Shown: positions 51,631 through 61,578 of the stretch, piece after piece
Layout of the letters: every line of letters starts with the position of its first letter
Numbering within the stretch: position 1 is the stretch's first letter
NCBI GenBank assembly: GCA_018669005.1
Contig: JABJAL010000103.1
Coordinates: 42,931 to 106,930 of the forward strand
Source: Nitrospinaceae bacterium
GTDB taxonomy: Bacteria; UBA8248
DNA: 64,000 nt
Direction of reading: 5' to 3'
Made by a program: the position numbers and the translations under genes
Notes under the pieces: generated by a model
Seen by the model: only the letters and a program-made list of their open reading frames with translations
Database searches by the model: none
What the model was told of the DNA's origin: nothing

Positions 51631-53307
51631 TTATGGCCGGGGCGCCATTGCGTGAATATCCGTCACGACATCCAGGACAACTGGACCGTCTTTAATGGCA
51701 AGCGCCTGCTCCAGCGCTCCCTGAAGTTCACTTGGTTTTTCCACACGAATGGCATGTGCTCCCATCGATTCTGCTATGGTCTTGAAGTTTGTTTTTTGGA
51801 AATACCAGAGCTCGTGTCCCGACTCGGGTTGTTTGCCGCCATATGCTTTGTCAAAAATTTTCTCTTCCTGATTCTGTGCGCCGTTGTTGTTAACCATGAC
51901 GATTGTATTAATACCCCGGCGTACAGCTGTTTCAATTTCGCTGAGGTGATACCAAAATCCTGCATCTCCTGTAAATAGGACGACAGGCCGATCTGGCGCC
52001 CCGCATTTAGCACCGAGGGAAGCCGGGAATCCCCAGCCGAGGTGACCCGCAGCACGCATGTAGCTCTGATCTGGGCTGTTCAGATCGAGATATCCGCCTG
52101 TCCACATGCCTGAATGTCCCGTATCGGCGACAACGATAGCATCGGAGGGCAAAAAGTCGCTGAAGGTCTGGCAGATGCGCTCCGGGCGGATGGGGGCATT
52201 GTCAGAGTTAAGAAGCGGCGCCCACTCTTCGCGCCATTCAGATACGACGCTCTGGCAATGTTCGACCCATTCCTTGCGGATAGCATTGGTGGACGGGTCT
52301 ACGGCGTCGATGAGTTTTCTCAGCGAGACTTTAGCATCGCCCATAATAGCGGCCTTAAGCGGATAGTTTCTTCCCAATTCCTCGGGGTCAATGTCGAGCT
52401 GAATGGCTGGAGTTCCGATTGGAGGGACTGACCAGAAGTGCGTGACCATTCCTCCAGTTTGTGTTCCGACGAAAAACACGAGGTCCGCTTCGCGAACTAG
52501 TTGGTTGGCACTCCTTCTGGGATAAGAGCCCGATGAGCCAAGTGCGAGTGGATGGTTGCCGGGTACTGTGTCTTTGCCGTTCATTGAGTTGGCAATGGGA
52601 ATCTGGAGTTTTTCGGCAAGTTCGACGATTTCGGCGCCTGCACCTGAAGTGCGAACGCCGCCGCCGGAAATAATAACCGGTTTTTTCGCTGCCCCAAGAA
52701 TATCTGCCGCCTGAGCAATGTGACTGGCTTCTGGTTCTGGGCGGAATGGCGGGACGCGAGAAAATTGCTCTTCGACGAGAATTTCGGAATCGAGTTCCTG
52801 CTCTTCGATCTGACCTAGATTTCCGGCGAATCGGAGGTGAACGGGGCCGGGTGTTCCTGAAGTGGCGGCTCTAAAAGCTTGACGAAGGAGGTCCGGAATC
52901 CGGTCCACGCTGTCTACGCATGCGTTGAATTTCGTAACCGGGTCGAAGGCCGAGATATCCTCGACTTCCTGGTAAGCGTTGCGGTAACGCTCCTGTGGGG
53001 TGGTTCCACCCGAGAAGGCAATGAGCGGTGTACAGGAGAGCCAGGCGTCGCGAAGTCCCGCAGCGAGATTTACACCGCCTACGATCTGAGACATGCAGAT
53101 GCCCGGCCGCCCCGAGGCGCGGGCGTAGCCGTCTGCCATATACGCCGCAGCTTTCTCCCCGTGAGTGAGGACCCTCGTGATGCCCATTTTCCTTTTGTCC
53201 ATCTCCGCGAGCATCGTGCTAAGTATCGTGGGAACAAAGAAAATATGGCTTACTCCGTATCCTTTCATTGATTCTGCGAGATATTGTGCACCTGTCATTT
53301 TTGGCAT
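51631..53307 (-). CDS. Thiamine-diphosphate-dependent enzyme (acetolactate synthase large-subunit-like)
   Basis: N-terminus MTGAQYLAESMKGYGVSHIFFVP and ThDP motif GDAGFWYHLSEIETAVRRGINTIVMVNNNG. Confidence 0.85.
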   Translation of the reverse strand: MPKMTGAQYLAESMKGYGVSHIFFVPTILSTMLAEMDKRKMGITRVLTHGEKAAAYMADGYARASGRPGICMSQIVGGVNLAAGLRDAWLSCTPLIAFSGGTTPQERYRNAYQEVEDISAFDPVTKFNACVDSVDRIPDLLRQAFRAATSGTPGPVHLRFAGNLGQIEEQELDSEILVEEQFSRVPPFRPEPEASHIAQAADILGAAKKPVIISGGGVRTSGAGAEIVELAEKLQIPIANSMNGKDTVPGNHPLALGSSGSYPRRSANQLVREADLVFFVGTQTGGMVTHFWSVPPIGTPAIQLDIDPEELGRNYPLKAAIMGDAKVSLRKLIDAVDPSTNAIRKEWVEHCQSVVSEWREEWAPLLNSDNAPIRPERICQTFSDFLPSDAIVVADTGHSGMWTGGYLDLNSPDQSYMRAAGHLGWGFPASLGAKCGAPDRPVVLFTGDAGFWYHLSEIETAVRRGINTIVMVNNNGAQNQEEKIFDKAYGGKQPESGHELWYFQKTNFKTIAESMGAHAIRVEKPSELQGALEQALAIKDGPVVLDVVTDIHAMAPRP

Positions 53308-53397
53308 GTCATAACTCCTCAGGAAAATATATGAAGCAAAATAATGAAATGAACCCGGATGAGCCAGATTTGGCTTGTCAGGGAGAATATCTCGATC

Positions 53398-54210
53398 TTA
53401 GCTGGCCGAGGGAAGCCCTAGCATTTTGCGTGCCTCCTCCACTGTCGCAAGTTCGCGGCCGAGTTCACGAGAGATCCTTCCCATACGGGCAACGAGCTGG
53501 GCATTGTCCTCGGCTAGAACGCCCTCGCTATAGTAGGGCTCATCTTCTGTTCCCACCCGGACATGGCCACCCTGAATGATCGACACCGTTTCAAGGGCGG
53601 TTTGCGTAAGTCCCGCAGCACTCACCGAAAACCGGCAGTCCGATGGCAGGTGCTCGATTCGATGCAAGAGTTCCTTGAGCGTGGCCGGAGACCAGAAACC
53701 GCCCGGCCAGCCGAAGAAAATAGTGAGTATCAAAGGTGCCTCGACAATGCCTTTGTCGAGTAGCCATTCGAGATTCCACAGATGACCCAGGTTGAAGCAT
53801 TCAAATTCAGGTTTAACGCCGTTGTCGTTAAAGAGCCGAACCTGATCCTCTATCTCCTGGCGTGTGTGCTCAACAAGAAGATCGGCGTCAATAAACGCGA
53901 AATCGTGCGAGCCCAGAGCGATGGAAGCCATGTCGGGTTTGTTGTGGATAATCTTCTCTCGCCCCTTGAGGCCCATGGCGGCGATGCCGAACTGAATAAT
54001 CGCCTCGGGACAAGCCTCTCGGACAGCATTGGTAAGAGGCTCCCAGCTTTCAAGCTTCATCGGTATGCCGTGAATATGAGCAATTACGGCACCAGCGTCA
54101 TAGCTGTTGCGAATTTCTTTGGCGACGGCATCGGGTGTTTGAAGGCGCTTTGGGACACCTTCATGCTTCCTGGAATCGGCGGCGCAATTAGTGATTATGA
54201 GTTTTTCCAT
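53398..54210 (-). CDS. 3-keto-5-aminohexanoate cleavage enzyme family (BKACE/DUF849)
   Basis: MEKLIITNCAADSRKHEGVP...TPDAVAKEIRNSYDAGAVIAHIHG is typical of the family. 270 aa. Confidence 0.75.
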   Translation of the reverse strand: MEKLIITNCAADSRKHEGVPKRLQTPDAVAKEIRNSYDAGAVIAHIHGIPMKLESWEPLTNAVREACPEAIIQFGIAAMGLKGREKIIHNKPDMASIALGSHDFAFIDADLLVEHTRQEIEDQVRLFNDNGVKPEFECFNLGHLWNLEWLLDKGIVEAPLILTIFFGWPGGFWSPATLKELLHRIEHLPSDCRFSVSAAGLTQTALETVSIIQGGHVRVGTEDEPYYSEGVLAEDNAQLVARMGRISRELGRELATVEEARKMLGLPSAS

Positions 54211-54226
54211 GTCAGAGGCCTCTTTT

Positions 54227-54997
54227 TTAGTCTAACGAGCCTTCTACGTAGAGAAGACTTCGGATTCGCTGGGTGAGGGCGACGAATTTCTCATCCCCCA
54301 TGGTGGCAAGATTGCGTGGCCGAGGAATTTCGACGTCAATTATCTCGGCGATTTTACCAGGCCGAGGTGTCATCACGACGACCCTGTCCCCGAGAAAGAC
54401 CGCCTCCGGGATACTATGAGTAATGAAGAATACTGTTTTTTTGCTATCGAGCCATATCCGCTGGAGCTCCATGTTCATCTGCTCGCGGGTCATGGCGTCG
54501 AGCGCACCGAAGGGCTCGTCCATTAAGAGGACAGCCGGGTCGTGTATCAGAGCGCGAATAATCGCGTTTCGCTGCCGCATGCCGCCCGATAGTTCACTGG
54601 GATAGACATTCTCGAATTCATCCAGCCCAACCAGCTTAATTAAATCATGCGCCCGTGGGTGCGTAACTTTCGGATCAAGCCCCATTATCTCGGCGGGTAA
54701 AAGAGTGTTGTTCAGGACTGTCCGCCAGGGAAGGAGGATGGGGTCCTGAAAAACAATGCCAACGTCGCTGTGAGGGCCCGTGATGGCTTTGCCCATGAGA
54801 GAGGCCGACCCCGACGTGATGGAAAGCAGACCACTCAAAATTTTCAGAAGTGTGCTTTTACCGCAGCCACTTGGTCCGACGATGCAGACAAATTCACCCT
54901 CTTCAATCTCAAGATTGATATCATCCAGAGCGTTTACCGGCTCGCGGTTGGTGGTGATGTAAATCTTATTTAGGTCGGATACGGTGATGTAAGACAT
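54227..54997 (-). CDS. ABC transporter ATP-binding protein (NitT/TauT-type)
   Basis: Walker A GPSGCGKST, signature LSGGMRQR and Walker B LLMDEPFGALD. Confidence 0.9.
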   Translation of the reverse strand: MSYITVSDLNKIYITTNREPVNALDDINLEIEEGEFVCIVGPSGCGKSTLLKILSGLLSITSGSASLMGKAITGPHSDVGIVFQDPILLPWRTVLNNTLLPAEIMGLDPKVTHPRAHDLIKLVGLDEFENVYPSELSGGMRQRNAIIRALIHDPAVLLMDEPFGALDAMTREQMNMELQRIWLDSKKTVFFITHSIPEAVFLGDRVVVMTPRPGKIAEIIDVEIPRPRNLATMGDEKFVALTQRIRSLLYVEGSLD

Positions 54998-55072
54998 TTT
55001 TCCTCTCTTGAATCAGGCCCTGGGACACACCGCAGTCGATGTGCCCCAGGGTAAAAAAGACGAGCCTATTCT

Positions 55073-55984
55073 CTATTGTGCGCTCTCTATCTTATCGTTT
55101 TCAGGCGCCCAGAAAAGCACCTTTAGCTTGATGAAGCGCACTGTTTTGTGCATTCCCAGACCCATCATTGAGAGGATCACCAAGATGGCGAAAGTGCCGG
55201 TGGTGTCGGCGGAAAAACTCATCTGCATGAGTAAAATCCCCAACCCGCATTGACCGCGGCCACCCCACATACATTGACCCGCCCCGACGAATTCGCCGAG
55301 TATCGCGCCCAACAGGCTGAACACCGCGGCGATCTCAAAGCCAGCGAAAATAAAGGTGAGGGCACTAGGAAATTGAAGCTTCCAGAATGTTTTCCATCTG
55401 GAAGCCGAAAGCGAGCGCAGAAGATCAAGTTGGTCCTGATTGACCGACCTGAGTCCCACCATTGTGTTTACGAGTAGCGGGAAAAATGCCACCAGGCCCG
55501 CCAAGAAAATCTTTGATTCCACTTCATAGCCGAACCAGATGATGAACAGCGGGGCGATTGCCAATTTTGGGAGCGTCTGAAACGCCACCACGTAGGGCAT
55601 GATAATCGCCTCGACCCACTTTGACTGCATGAATAGCAGCCCCAGCCCCAGCCCGATGAAGCTGCCCATGAAGAATCCCATCACCGCTTCAAACATGGTG
55701 TGGCTGATGTGGTTGTAAAAACTGCCCTGCATCAGGTTCATGAAATCCGCCGCCTCAGCGACAGGATTACCAGCATCTACGAAGAACAATCCTCGCAGAA
55801 GTGCCATGCCAATTCCCGATGGAGCAGGGAGGAGAAATTCATCAATTTCAAAGAAGCGTATAAACCCCTCCCAAACCGCGATCAGAACAAAAAAGGAGAT
55901 CGGGAACAGGAGGTACTGCTTCTCCAGCAAAGTGTCTGCCAGTGAAGGAGCCTCATCTTTTATTTGTTGTTTGTTTTCAGCCAT
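55073..55984 (-). CDS. ABC transporter permease (NitT/TauT-type)
   Basis: Polytopic protein with a binding-protein-dependent transport permease core. It lies between the SBP and ATPase genes. Confidence 0.8.
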   Translation of the reverse strand: MAENKQQIKDEAPSLADTLLEKQYLLFPISFFVLIAVWEGFIRFFEIDEFLLPAPSGIGMALLRGLFFVDAGNPVAEAADFMNLMQGSFYNHISHTMFEAVMGFFMGSFIGLGLGLLFMQSKWVEAIIMPYVVAFQTLPKLAIAPLFIIWFGYEVESKIFLAGLVAFFPLLVNTMVGLRSVNQDQLDLLRSLSASRWKTFWKLQFPSALTFIFAGFEIAAVFSLLGAILGEFVGAGQCMWGGRGQCGLGILLMQMSFSADTTGTFAILVILSMMGLGMHKTVRFIKLKVLFWAPENDKIESAQ

Positions 55985-55986
55985 TT

Positions 55987-57159
55987 TTATTTGCCATAAC
56001 GTTTTTCGAGCGCTCTGAAGTTTTTAACCTCTTTGGCAAAGTCCCAATTTTTCGCCCGATCAATAACTTTCTGGCGGTCAAAATTGTTGACCTCGTCAAT
56101 CATGTCGTTCGTGTAAAGCTCTTTCAGTAATTTTTTGGAAATTATCTTGTCGAGGCCGACAAATTTAAGATACTCGTCCCATTCGCCCGCGTGATGCGCG
56201 CCGAATTTGTTGATTTTCTCCGTTCCATCATCCGGACGGAGTTTGGGCGCCCGGTCTACGAGTACATTGAGCATGCGTGCGGTGGCTTTTGCCTTGCTTA
56301 TACCTTTGGGCATGGACTCGGGGTAAAGCACCCAGTGCGCCTCAAGCGTGGCCTTCGGGTTCGTATAGAAAAACAGGCTGCCCTTCGCGAGGCCTCGCAG
56401 GAAACCGATCACGGTCTTGCGGTTCTTGGCAAGGTATTCTTTGTTTACCCAGACCACGTTACCGAAAAGGTTCTTGGTCCAACCCTTCTGATAAGGAATG
56501 ATGTTGAATTTAAAGCCGCTCGCCTTTGCCAGCGTGTACTGCACGTCAACGTTTGCCCATGCTTCTACACGACCCAGTTTCATGGCCGTTGCAGCTTTCG
56601 CGACCGGGCCTACCGGCAAGTAGGTCACGCGCTGATTTTTTTTGGGAATGCCGCAAGTCTCAAGCGCTTTTTTGACAAAAAGCGGGCCAGCGTCGCGCTG
56701 GCTCATCACGCCAACTTTTTTGCCCTGCAAGTCACAAACGCTCTTGATGGGACTGCCAATCGGAACGGCCACGCCGTCGGCGTAGATGGCGTCGCGGTTC
56801 ACAATGTATACGCCCATTAAAGGCGGTGCTTTCTGTGCTTTTGCGGCTTTAAAGAGGATTGGAATGGGCCGCGGAATCGCGATATGGGTCCGGCCTGCGA
56901 GAGCCCATCCCATCCCCTGGGCGCCGCCCTGGGCTGCGACGAACTGGGCGTCTACGCCCTCTTCCTGGTAGTAGCCAAGGAAGTTACTGATCCAGAGGAA
57001 GGAAATTCCCGGGTTAAACAGAGGATTAGCCAATGTAATTTTGATGTTGTTCAGTTTTTCGGCGGCTGAAGCCGTCTGAGGCGCAAGTGAAAATGAGGTA
57101 ATCATTAATACAGCGATAAAGAAAACTGAAATTCTTTTCATCTTGATTTTCCTCCTCAA
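55987..57159 (-). CDS. ABC transporter periplasmic substrate-binding protein (NMT1/THI5-like)
   Basis: Signal peptide MKRISVFFIAVLMITSFSLAPQTASA. It is adjacent to, and co-directional with, the permease and ATPase genes. The start may be ATG 57141. Confidence 0.65.
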   Translation of the reverse strand: MRRKIKMKRISVFFIAVLMITSFSLAPQTASAAEKLNNIKITLANPLFNPGISFLWISNFLGYYQEEGVDAQFVAAQGGAQGMGWALAGRTHIAIPRPIPILFKAAKAQKAPPLMGVYIVNRDAIYADGVAVPIGSPIKSVCDLQGKKVGVMSQRDAGPLFVKKALETCGIPKKNQRVTYLPVGPVAKAATAMKLGRVEAWANVDVQYTLAKASGFKFNIIPYQKGWTKNLFGNVVWVNKEYLAKNRKTVIGFLRGLAKGSLFFYTNPKATLEAHWVLYPESMPKGISKAKATARMLNVLVDRAPKLRPDDGTEKINKFGAHHAGEWDEYLKFVGLDKIISKKLLKELYTNDMIDEVNNFDRQKVIDRAKNWDFAKEVKNFRALEKRYGK

Positions 57160-57190
57160 TGATTAGTGATAGGTCTTGAAAAAAACACTC

Positions 57191-57958
57191 CTAGTCTTCG
57201 ACTATCGCGACCGGTCGCACCCAGCCACCGCTCGCATCTTTGATGTTGATAGGAAAGCAGGACAGCTTGAAGCTGTGTGGCCGGGGTATCGCGCCGATAT
57301 TCTGGATTTGTTCTATCTGAAAGTACTCGCGCTGCCGGCCAAGGATGTGGTGGCAGGGCATGAGAGATTCTTTCTTGCCTGCCTTGAACTCGGGGATCTG
57401 GTTATTGAACGGGCGGTCGAAGCCAAATGCGTCAATGGCGATGACGCGCACGCCCCGGTCAAGCAGGTACTCGGTTCCCGCGATGCTCATGCCTGGATGA
57501 AGTTCCGAGTAGTTGGGATCGTCGCGTTTCTCGCCGGTGCCCGTCCAGAGAAGAACGATGTCGCCTTCTTTTATCTCGTAGTCAATTTTTTCAAGGGCGC
57601 CCTTGATGTCGTCCTCTGTGATCCAATCTCCCGTGTTCTTGTGCCTGAGGTCGAGTACCACGCCATCGCCGTAGCACCACTCAACAGGAATTTGGTCTAT
57701 CTTCCTGGAAGGTTTGCCCGCAACGGTGGGCCCATAATGCCAGGGAGAATCCATGTGGGTGCCCGAGTGGGTGGAGACATTCAGTTGTTCGGCCGCCCCG
57801 CCGACGCCGTCGTGAAGATCCTCCAGCGGTATTCCCCAACTTTTTGCTGAGCGGGCACCGAATTCCTTGTGATCAAGATAAGTGATCTCGGGCGGACGCG
57901 GCTCGTTGGCGCCGTTCTCAAGGGGGCTGCTGAGATCAATAAAGCGTGTTGCACACAT
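57191..57958 (-). CDS. Cyclase family protein (kynurenine formamidase-like), paralogue of 19433-20161
   Basis: HSGTHMDSPWH motif. 255 aa. Confidence 0.75.
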   Translation of the reverse strand: MCATRFIDLSSPLENGANEPRPPEITYLDHKEFGARSAKSWGIPLEDLHDGVGGAAEQLNVSTHSGTHMDSPWHYGPTVAGKPSRKIDQIPVEWCYGDGVVLDLRHKNTGDWITEDDIKGALEKIDYEIKEGDIVLLWTGTGEKRDDPNYSELHPGMSIAGTEYLLDRGVRVIAIDAFGFDRPFNNQIPEFKAGKKESLMPCHHILGRQREYFQIEQIQNIGAIPRPHSFKLSCFPINIKDASGGWVRPVAIVED

Positions 57959-58031
57959 TTGGTGTTACTCCTGTTTGTAATGTTTTTCTGTTAACAAATG
58001 CCGCATCCTAAAAGGAAAAGGGTGGAGATTA

Positions 58032-59267
58032 TTAAACCACCCAGAGTTTCCTCTCCTGCGGATATACGAATTCATAGCCGGTTTCGGTAACGACAACTGT
58101 TTTCTCAATCTGGGTGCCGCCAAATCCGAAAATCTGCATTGGATTTTCGAGACAAAGTGTGGTTCCCGTCTCAAGCGGGAAATCGCTTGAAGGCGGCAGG
58201 AATTCGCTGTTTTGGGGAAACGGGTTTGTAAGAACATAAGGAACTTCGCGTTGCTCAAGGCCGATGGCATGGCCAGCGAAGTTTCCGTTGTGCTCAGGGT
58301 AGCCTGCGCCTTGTGTTGTCTCCAGCATGGCTTTGTAAAGGGTTGAGCCCAGAGCGCCCGTTTTAACCTTGGCCAGGGCCGCTTCAAAACCATCCTCAGT
58401 TGCTTTCCAAAGGTTTAGTTGCTCTTTGGTTGGCTCGCCGAGGACGCCGCCCCAGCCAGTATCGGCCTGGTAGTTGTTGAGATGGAGGCCTGCGTCGAAT
58501 TTCCACATCTCGCCTTTGGCAACTTTTTTGTTGGTCGGCGGGAAGATACCGGTTGCTCTTCTTCCGGAGCAGAAGTGGAACCACTGCCACTTTCCGCCGC
58601 CCCGCCCGACTTCGGATGCAAAGACATTGGCAATTTCTTGCTCCACAGCCCCATCGGCGACTGCCTCGGAGGCGGCTATGCCGGCTTTCTCGTTCAACTC
58701 GGCGGCGGCGCTCATCGCTTTTAGCTCGTCGGGTGTTTTGACCATACGAATCAGGCGGAAAAGGTCGCTGGCCTCGACAATCGTTGCGTCTGGAATGGCC
58801 GCATCGATCTGGGCACGCACGTTGGGCATGACGCGCTCCTGGTCAAGCCCGATGCGGGCCTTGTCGAGTCCTCTGTCGCGCAAGGCCTGGGCCAGCGAGG
58901 CACCCGGGGATTTTTCTCTTTTGGCGTCATCGTTGTACATGCCAAGGTAGGTTTCTTCCTCAGGCGTTTGCGCCGTGGAGCCCGCTGGTTGTATGAGTGC
59001 GCTTTTGCCGCCAAAGGTGTAGAGATCCTTGATCCAGGATTGCTGCATCGAGGTATAGGTAACTTCCTGGCCAGGTACGATCAGGGCCGGGGCAATTCCC
59101 GCATCACGCGCATAGAGCGCAAATATGTGGACAGAGTAAACATATACCTTGTTGGACCAGCCCCATGTTCCAGCAACATAGGTTACATTCTCAGGGGTGC
59201 TGGCCACTAAAACATCAATGTTGTGTTCGGCCATGAGGCCGCGTGCACGCTCTTCGTTCAGGTACAT
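58032..59267 (-). CDS. M24 family metallopeptidase (creatinase / Xaa-Pro peptidase-like)
   Basis: Creatinase-type N-terminal domain plus a pita-bread C-terminal domain with FAGHAIGLEQREVP and GTTLCLENP. Confidence 0.75.
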   Translation of the reverse strand: MYLNEERARGLMAEHNIDVLVASTPENVTYVAGTWGWSNKVYVYSVHIFALYARDAGIAPALIVPGQEVTYTSMQQSWIKDLYTFGGKSALIQPAGSTAQTPEEETYLGMYNDDAKREKSPGASLAQALRDRGLDKARIGLDQERVMPNVRAQIDAAIPDATIVEASDLFRLIRMVKTPDELKAMSAAAELNEKAGIAASEAVADGAVEQEIANVFASEVGRGGGKWQWFHFCSGRRATGIFPPTNKKVAKGEMWKFDAGLHLNNYQADTGWGGVLGEPTKEQLNLWKATEDGFEAALAKVKTGALGSTLYKAMLETTQGAGYPEHNGNFAGHAIGLEQREVPYVLTNPFPQNSEFLPPSSDFPLETGTTLCLENPMQIFGFGGTQIEKTVVVTETGYEFVYPQERKLWVV

Positions 59268-59535
59268 CTGTTTTTTCTCCTTTTGGGTAGCGGTCGCCCC
59301 ATGTTGCTAATCGATTTGAAGTGCCGACCTCTTTAGAGAAGATGCCGAGGTTGTTGTTAAAGCCGATAGAACTGGGTCGGTTCCGTGACGCAAGTAAGTT
59401 GTATGAAATATGTTACATATCCTACTCCAAATTGAGGATTTATGAAATCCTCTCTCGCCATGCTAGGCGCTAGATTGTTTCCGCATTTAATGAAACTTTA
59501 TCTGACATAAAGATATTTCACTCTCAGGTGGAAAA

Positions 59536-60417
59536 TTGCTAGATTCGTTTTCTCCAAACCTCCTCTCATTCATGGCGGCCATTTTGGTGTCGGTGGCCCA
59601 GACTCTGTTCCGGACCGGATTGACCCATCTGAACCCGACGGCAACGGCGCTCATGATGAACATGACGACGGTCACCCTCGCGGCGATGCTGTATTTTTAT
59701 CTAGATGAAGGTGGTCCTTGGTCCCTTGAGGCGGCGTTTTGGTTTGCGTTGGTTGGATTTTCCGGGGGCTCTTTCGGGAGATATTTTAATTTCCAAGCGG
59801 TAAAACTCATCGGTCTGGCCCGGACGTCGGTTCTAATTCAATCGCTATTGATTTGGACGGCGGTCCTGGGAGTAATGTTCCTGGGAGAGCGATTGACCCT
59901 CGGGGTGGCGGCCGGAACGCTGGCCATTATGTTCGGGGCCGTATTGTTGGTTTATGAAAAAGAAGATGGGAAAAGAAATTATTCGCTATGGCTCTATCTT
60001 CTTCCGTTGATGGCGGCCTTTGCTTATTCTGTGACGTTTTTATTTCGCAAGTACGGATTGGCGCTGATGCCATCGCCGCCATTCGGGATGGTGGTAGCGT
60101 CGGGAAGCGCATCGCTGCTTCTGATGTGCGCGATGCCTTTTACGGAAGGCAAGTCGTCCAAGCCGGAATGGCATTTCGGCTCCTTGGCTTTTGTTGGTTT
60201 GGGTGCGTCATTTAACTTTATGGCCATGGTTCTTTTTTGGAATGCCTTGCGAGATGGAGAAATTGTCCGCGTGGTTCCAATTAACCGGCTCTCGGTGCTT
60301 TTTGTGATTTTTTTCTCGTGGTTCTTCTTCAGGAAACAAGAGGCGGTGACGTTTCGTGTGGTGGCAGGAGGCATTCTCTCCGTTGTAGGTGCCTTTGTCA
60401 TTGTCTGGGGCAAGTAA
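59536..60417 (+). CDS. EamA/DMT family transporter
   Basis: TTG start follows AGGTGGA. About ten TM segments. C-terminal VPINRLSVLFVIFFSWFFFRKQE. Confidence 0.75.
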   Translation: MLDSFSPNLLSFMAAILVSVAQTLFRTGLTHLNPTATALMMNMTTVTLAAMLYFYLDEGGPWSLEAAFWFALVGFSGGSFGRYFNFQAVKLIGLARTSVLIQSLLIWTAVLGVMFLGERLTLGVAAGTLAIMFGAVLLVYEKEDGKRNYSLWLYLLPLMAAFAYSVTFLFRKYGLALMPSPPFGMVVASGSASLLLMCAMPFTEGKSSKPEWHFGSLAFVGLGASFNFMAMVLFWNALRDGEIVRVVPINRLSVLFVIFFSWFFFRKQEAVTFRVVAGGILSVVGAFVIVWGK

Positions 60418-60451
60418 ATGCCGCGCCTGCTTTGTTGCGGGGTAATTTATA

Positions 60452-61330
60452 TTGCTTGAGTCAATTGATCCCAATTTGTTGGCTTTTCTCGGAGCCATAA
60501 TCATTGCGGTGGCCCGGACGCTGTATCGCGGTGCGCTCAGCAGGCTAGGCCCGGGGGTGGTGGCGCTTTTTTCGAGTGCCATCACACTCGTTATCTCCTG
60601 GCTGTATTTTTGGGCCGTGGGGGATGTGGATGTCTGGCACCCGCAAGGACTATTTTGGTTTGCGCTAATCGGATTTATGGGCGGGTTGGGAAACCGCTAC
60701 TTGAGTTTTTTCTCGATGAGCAAGGTGGGCTTGGCACGCACATCTATCCTCATGCAAACCAGTTTGCTTTGGTCCTCGTTGCTGGCTATCGCGTTTCTGG
60801 GCGAGCGCCCAACTCATTGGGTTATCTTGGGATCGATAACCATCATGCTGGGCTCCATTCTTCTCGTGTACCGCCGCGAGAATGAGAAGCTGAATATTCG
60901 TTTTGTTTATTATCTGATCCCATTAGCCATCGCGTTGATTCAAGGCTTCTCTCAGTTATTTCGAAAATACGGGTACTACTGGCTTCCCTCGGCGTCGCTC
61001 GGGATGAGCGTAGCCAATTCGATGGCGATGATCTGTCTGCTTGTGGTTGTTCCGTTCGCCGAGGATGTAAGTTTAAAGCGCTGGGAGCAGCGGCCTGCTT
61101 ATTTGGTAATCCTCGGTGCGCTATTCAATGCGTTCGCGATGATCCTGTTCTGGACGGCGGTCAAGATGGGAAATATCGTTGAAGTCATCCCGATTAACCG
61201 TCTTTCCGTGCTTTTGATTATCCTGTTCTCATGGTTGTTTTTCCGAAAACAAGAGGCGATTACGGCACAGGTGGTGCTGGGAGGTTTCCTGTCGGTGGCT
61301 GGTGCCTGGGCTATCGTTTTGGGGAAATAA
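60452..61330 (+). CDS. EamA/DMT family transporter (tandem paralogue)
   Basis: It is collinear with the preceding ORF and with 33510-34406 (IPINRLSVLLIILFSWLFFRKQE). Confidence 0.75.
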   Translation: MLESIDPNLLAFLGAIIIAVARTLYRGALSRLGPGVVALFSSAITLVISWLYFWAVGDVDVWHPQGLFWFALIGFMGGLGNRYLSFFSMSKVGLARTSILMQTSLLWSSLLAIAFLGERPTHWVILGSITIMLGSILLVYRRENEKLNIRFVYYLIPLAIALIQGFSQLFRKYGYYWLPSASLGMSVANSMAMICLLVVVPFAEDVSLKRWEQRPAYLVILGALFNAFAMILFWTAVKMGNIVEVIPINRLSVLLIILFSWLFFRKQEAITAQVVLGGFLSVAGAWAIVLGK

Positions 61331-61578
61331 GTTGCGCTCTGTTATAGTTTGAATTTATGTAATCCTTTTAAATATAGACATTTAGATGGTTGGATAATTA
61401 GGGAAATTGACGAAATTTAACTTGACCCCTATCTTAGAGTCATCGGTCGATAGTAAATGTTCCTCTATTAAGCAGCGGAGGAGATTTTCTCTGTATCTAA
61501 TGGGTCTGTTTTGTACGTTCTTGCTCATCACCAATGGACGTCATTTATTATGACGCACCTATGACAGGAGGCTGTAAA

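Noticed and set aside
57176-57850. 224-aa plus-strand ORF
   Set aside because: It is antisense to the cyclase-family gene, which carries the HxGTHxDxPxH motif.
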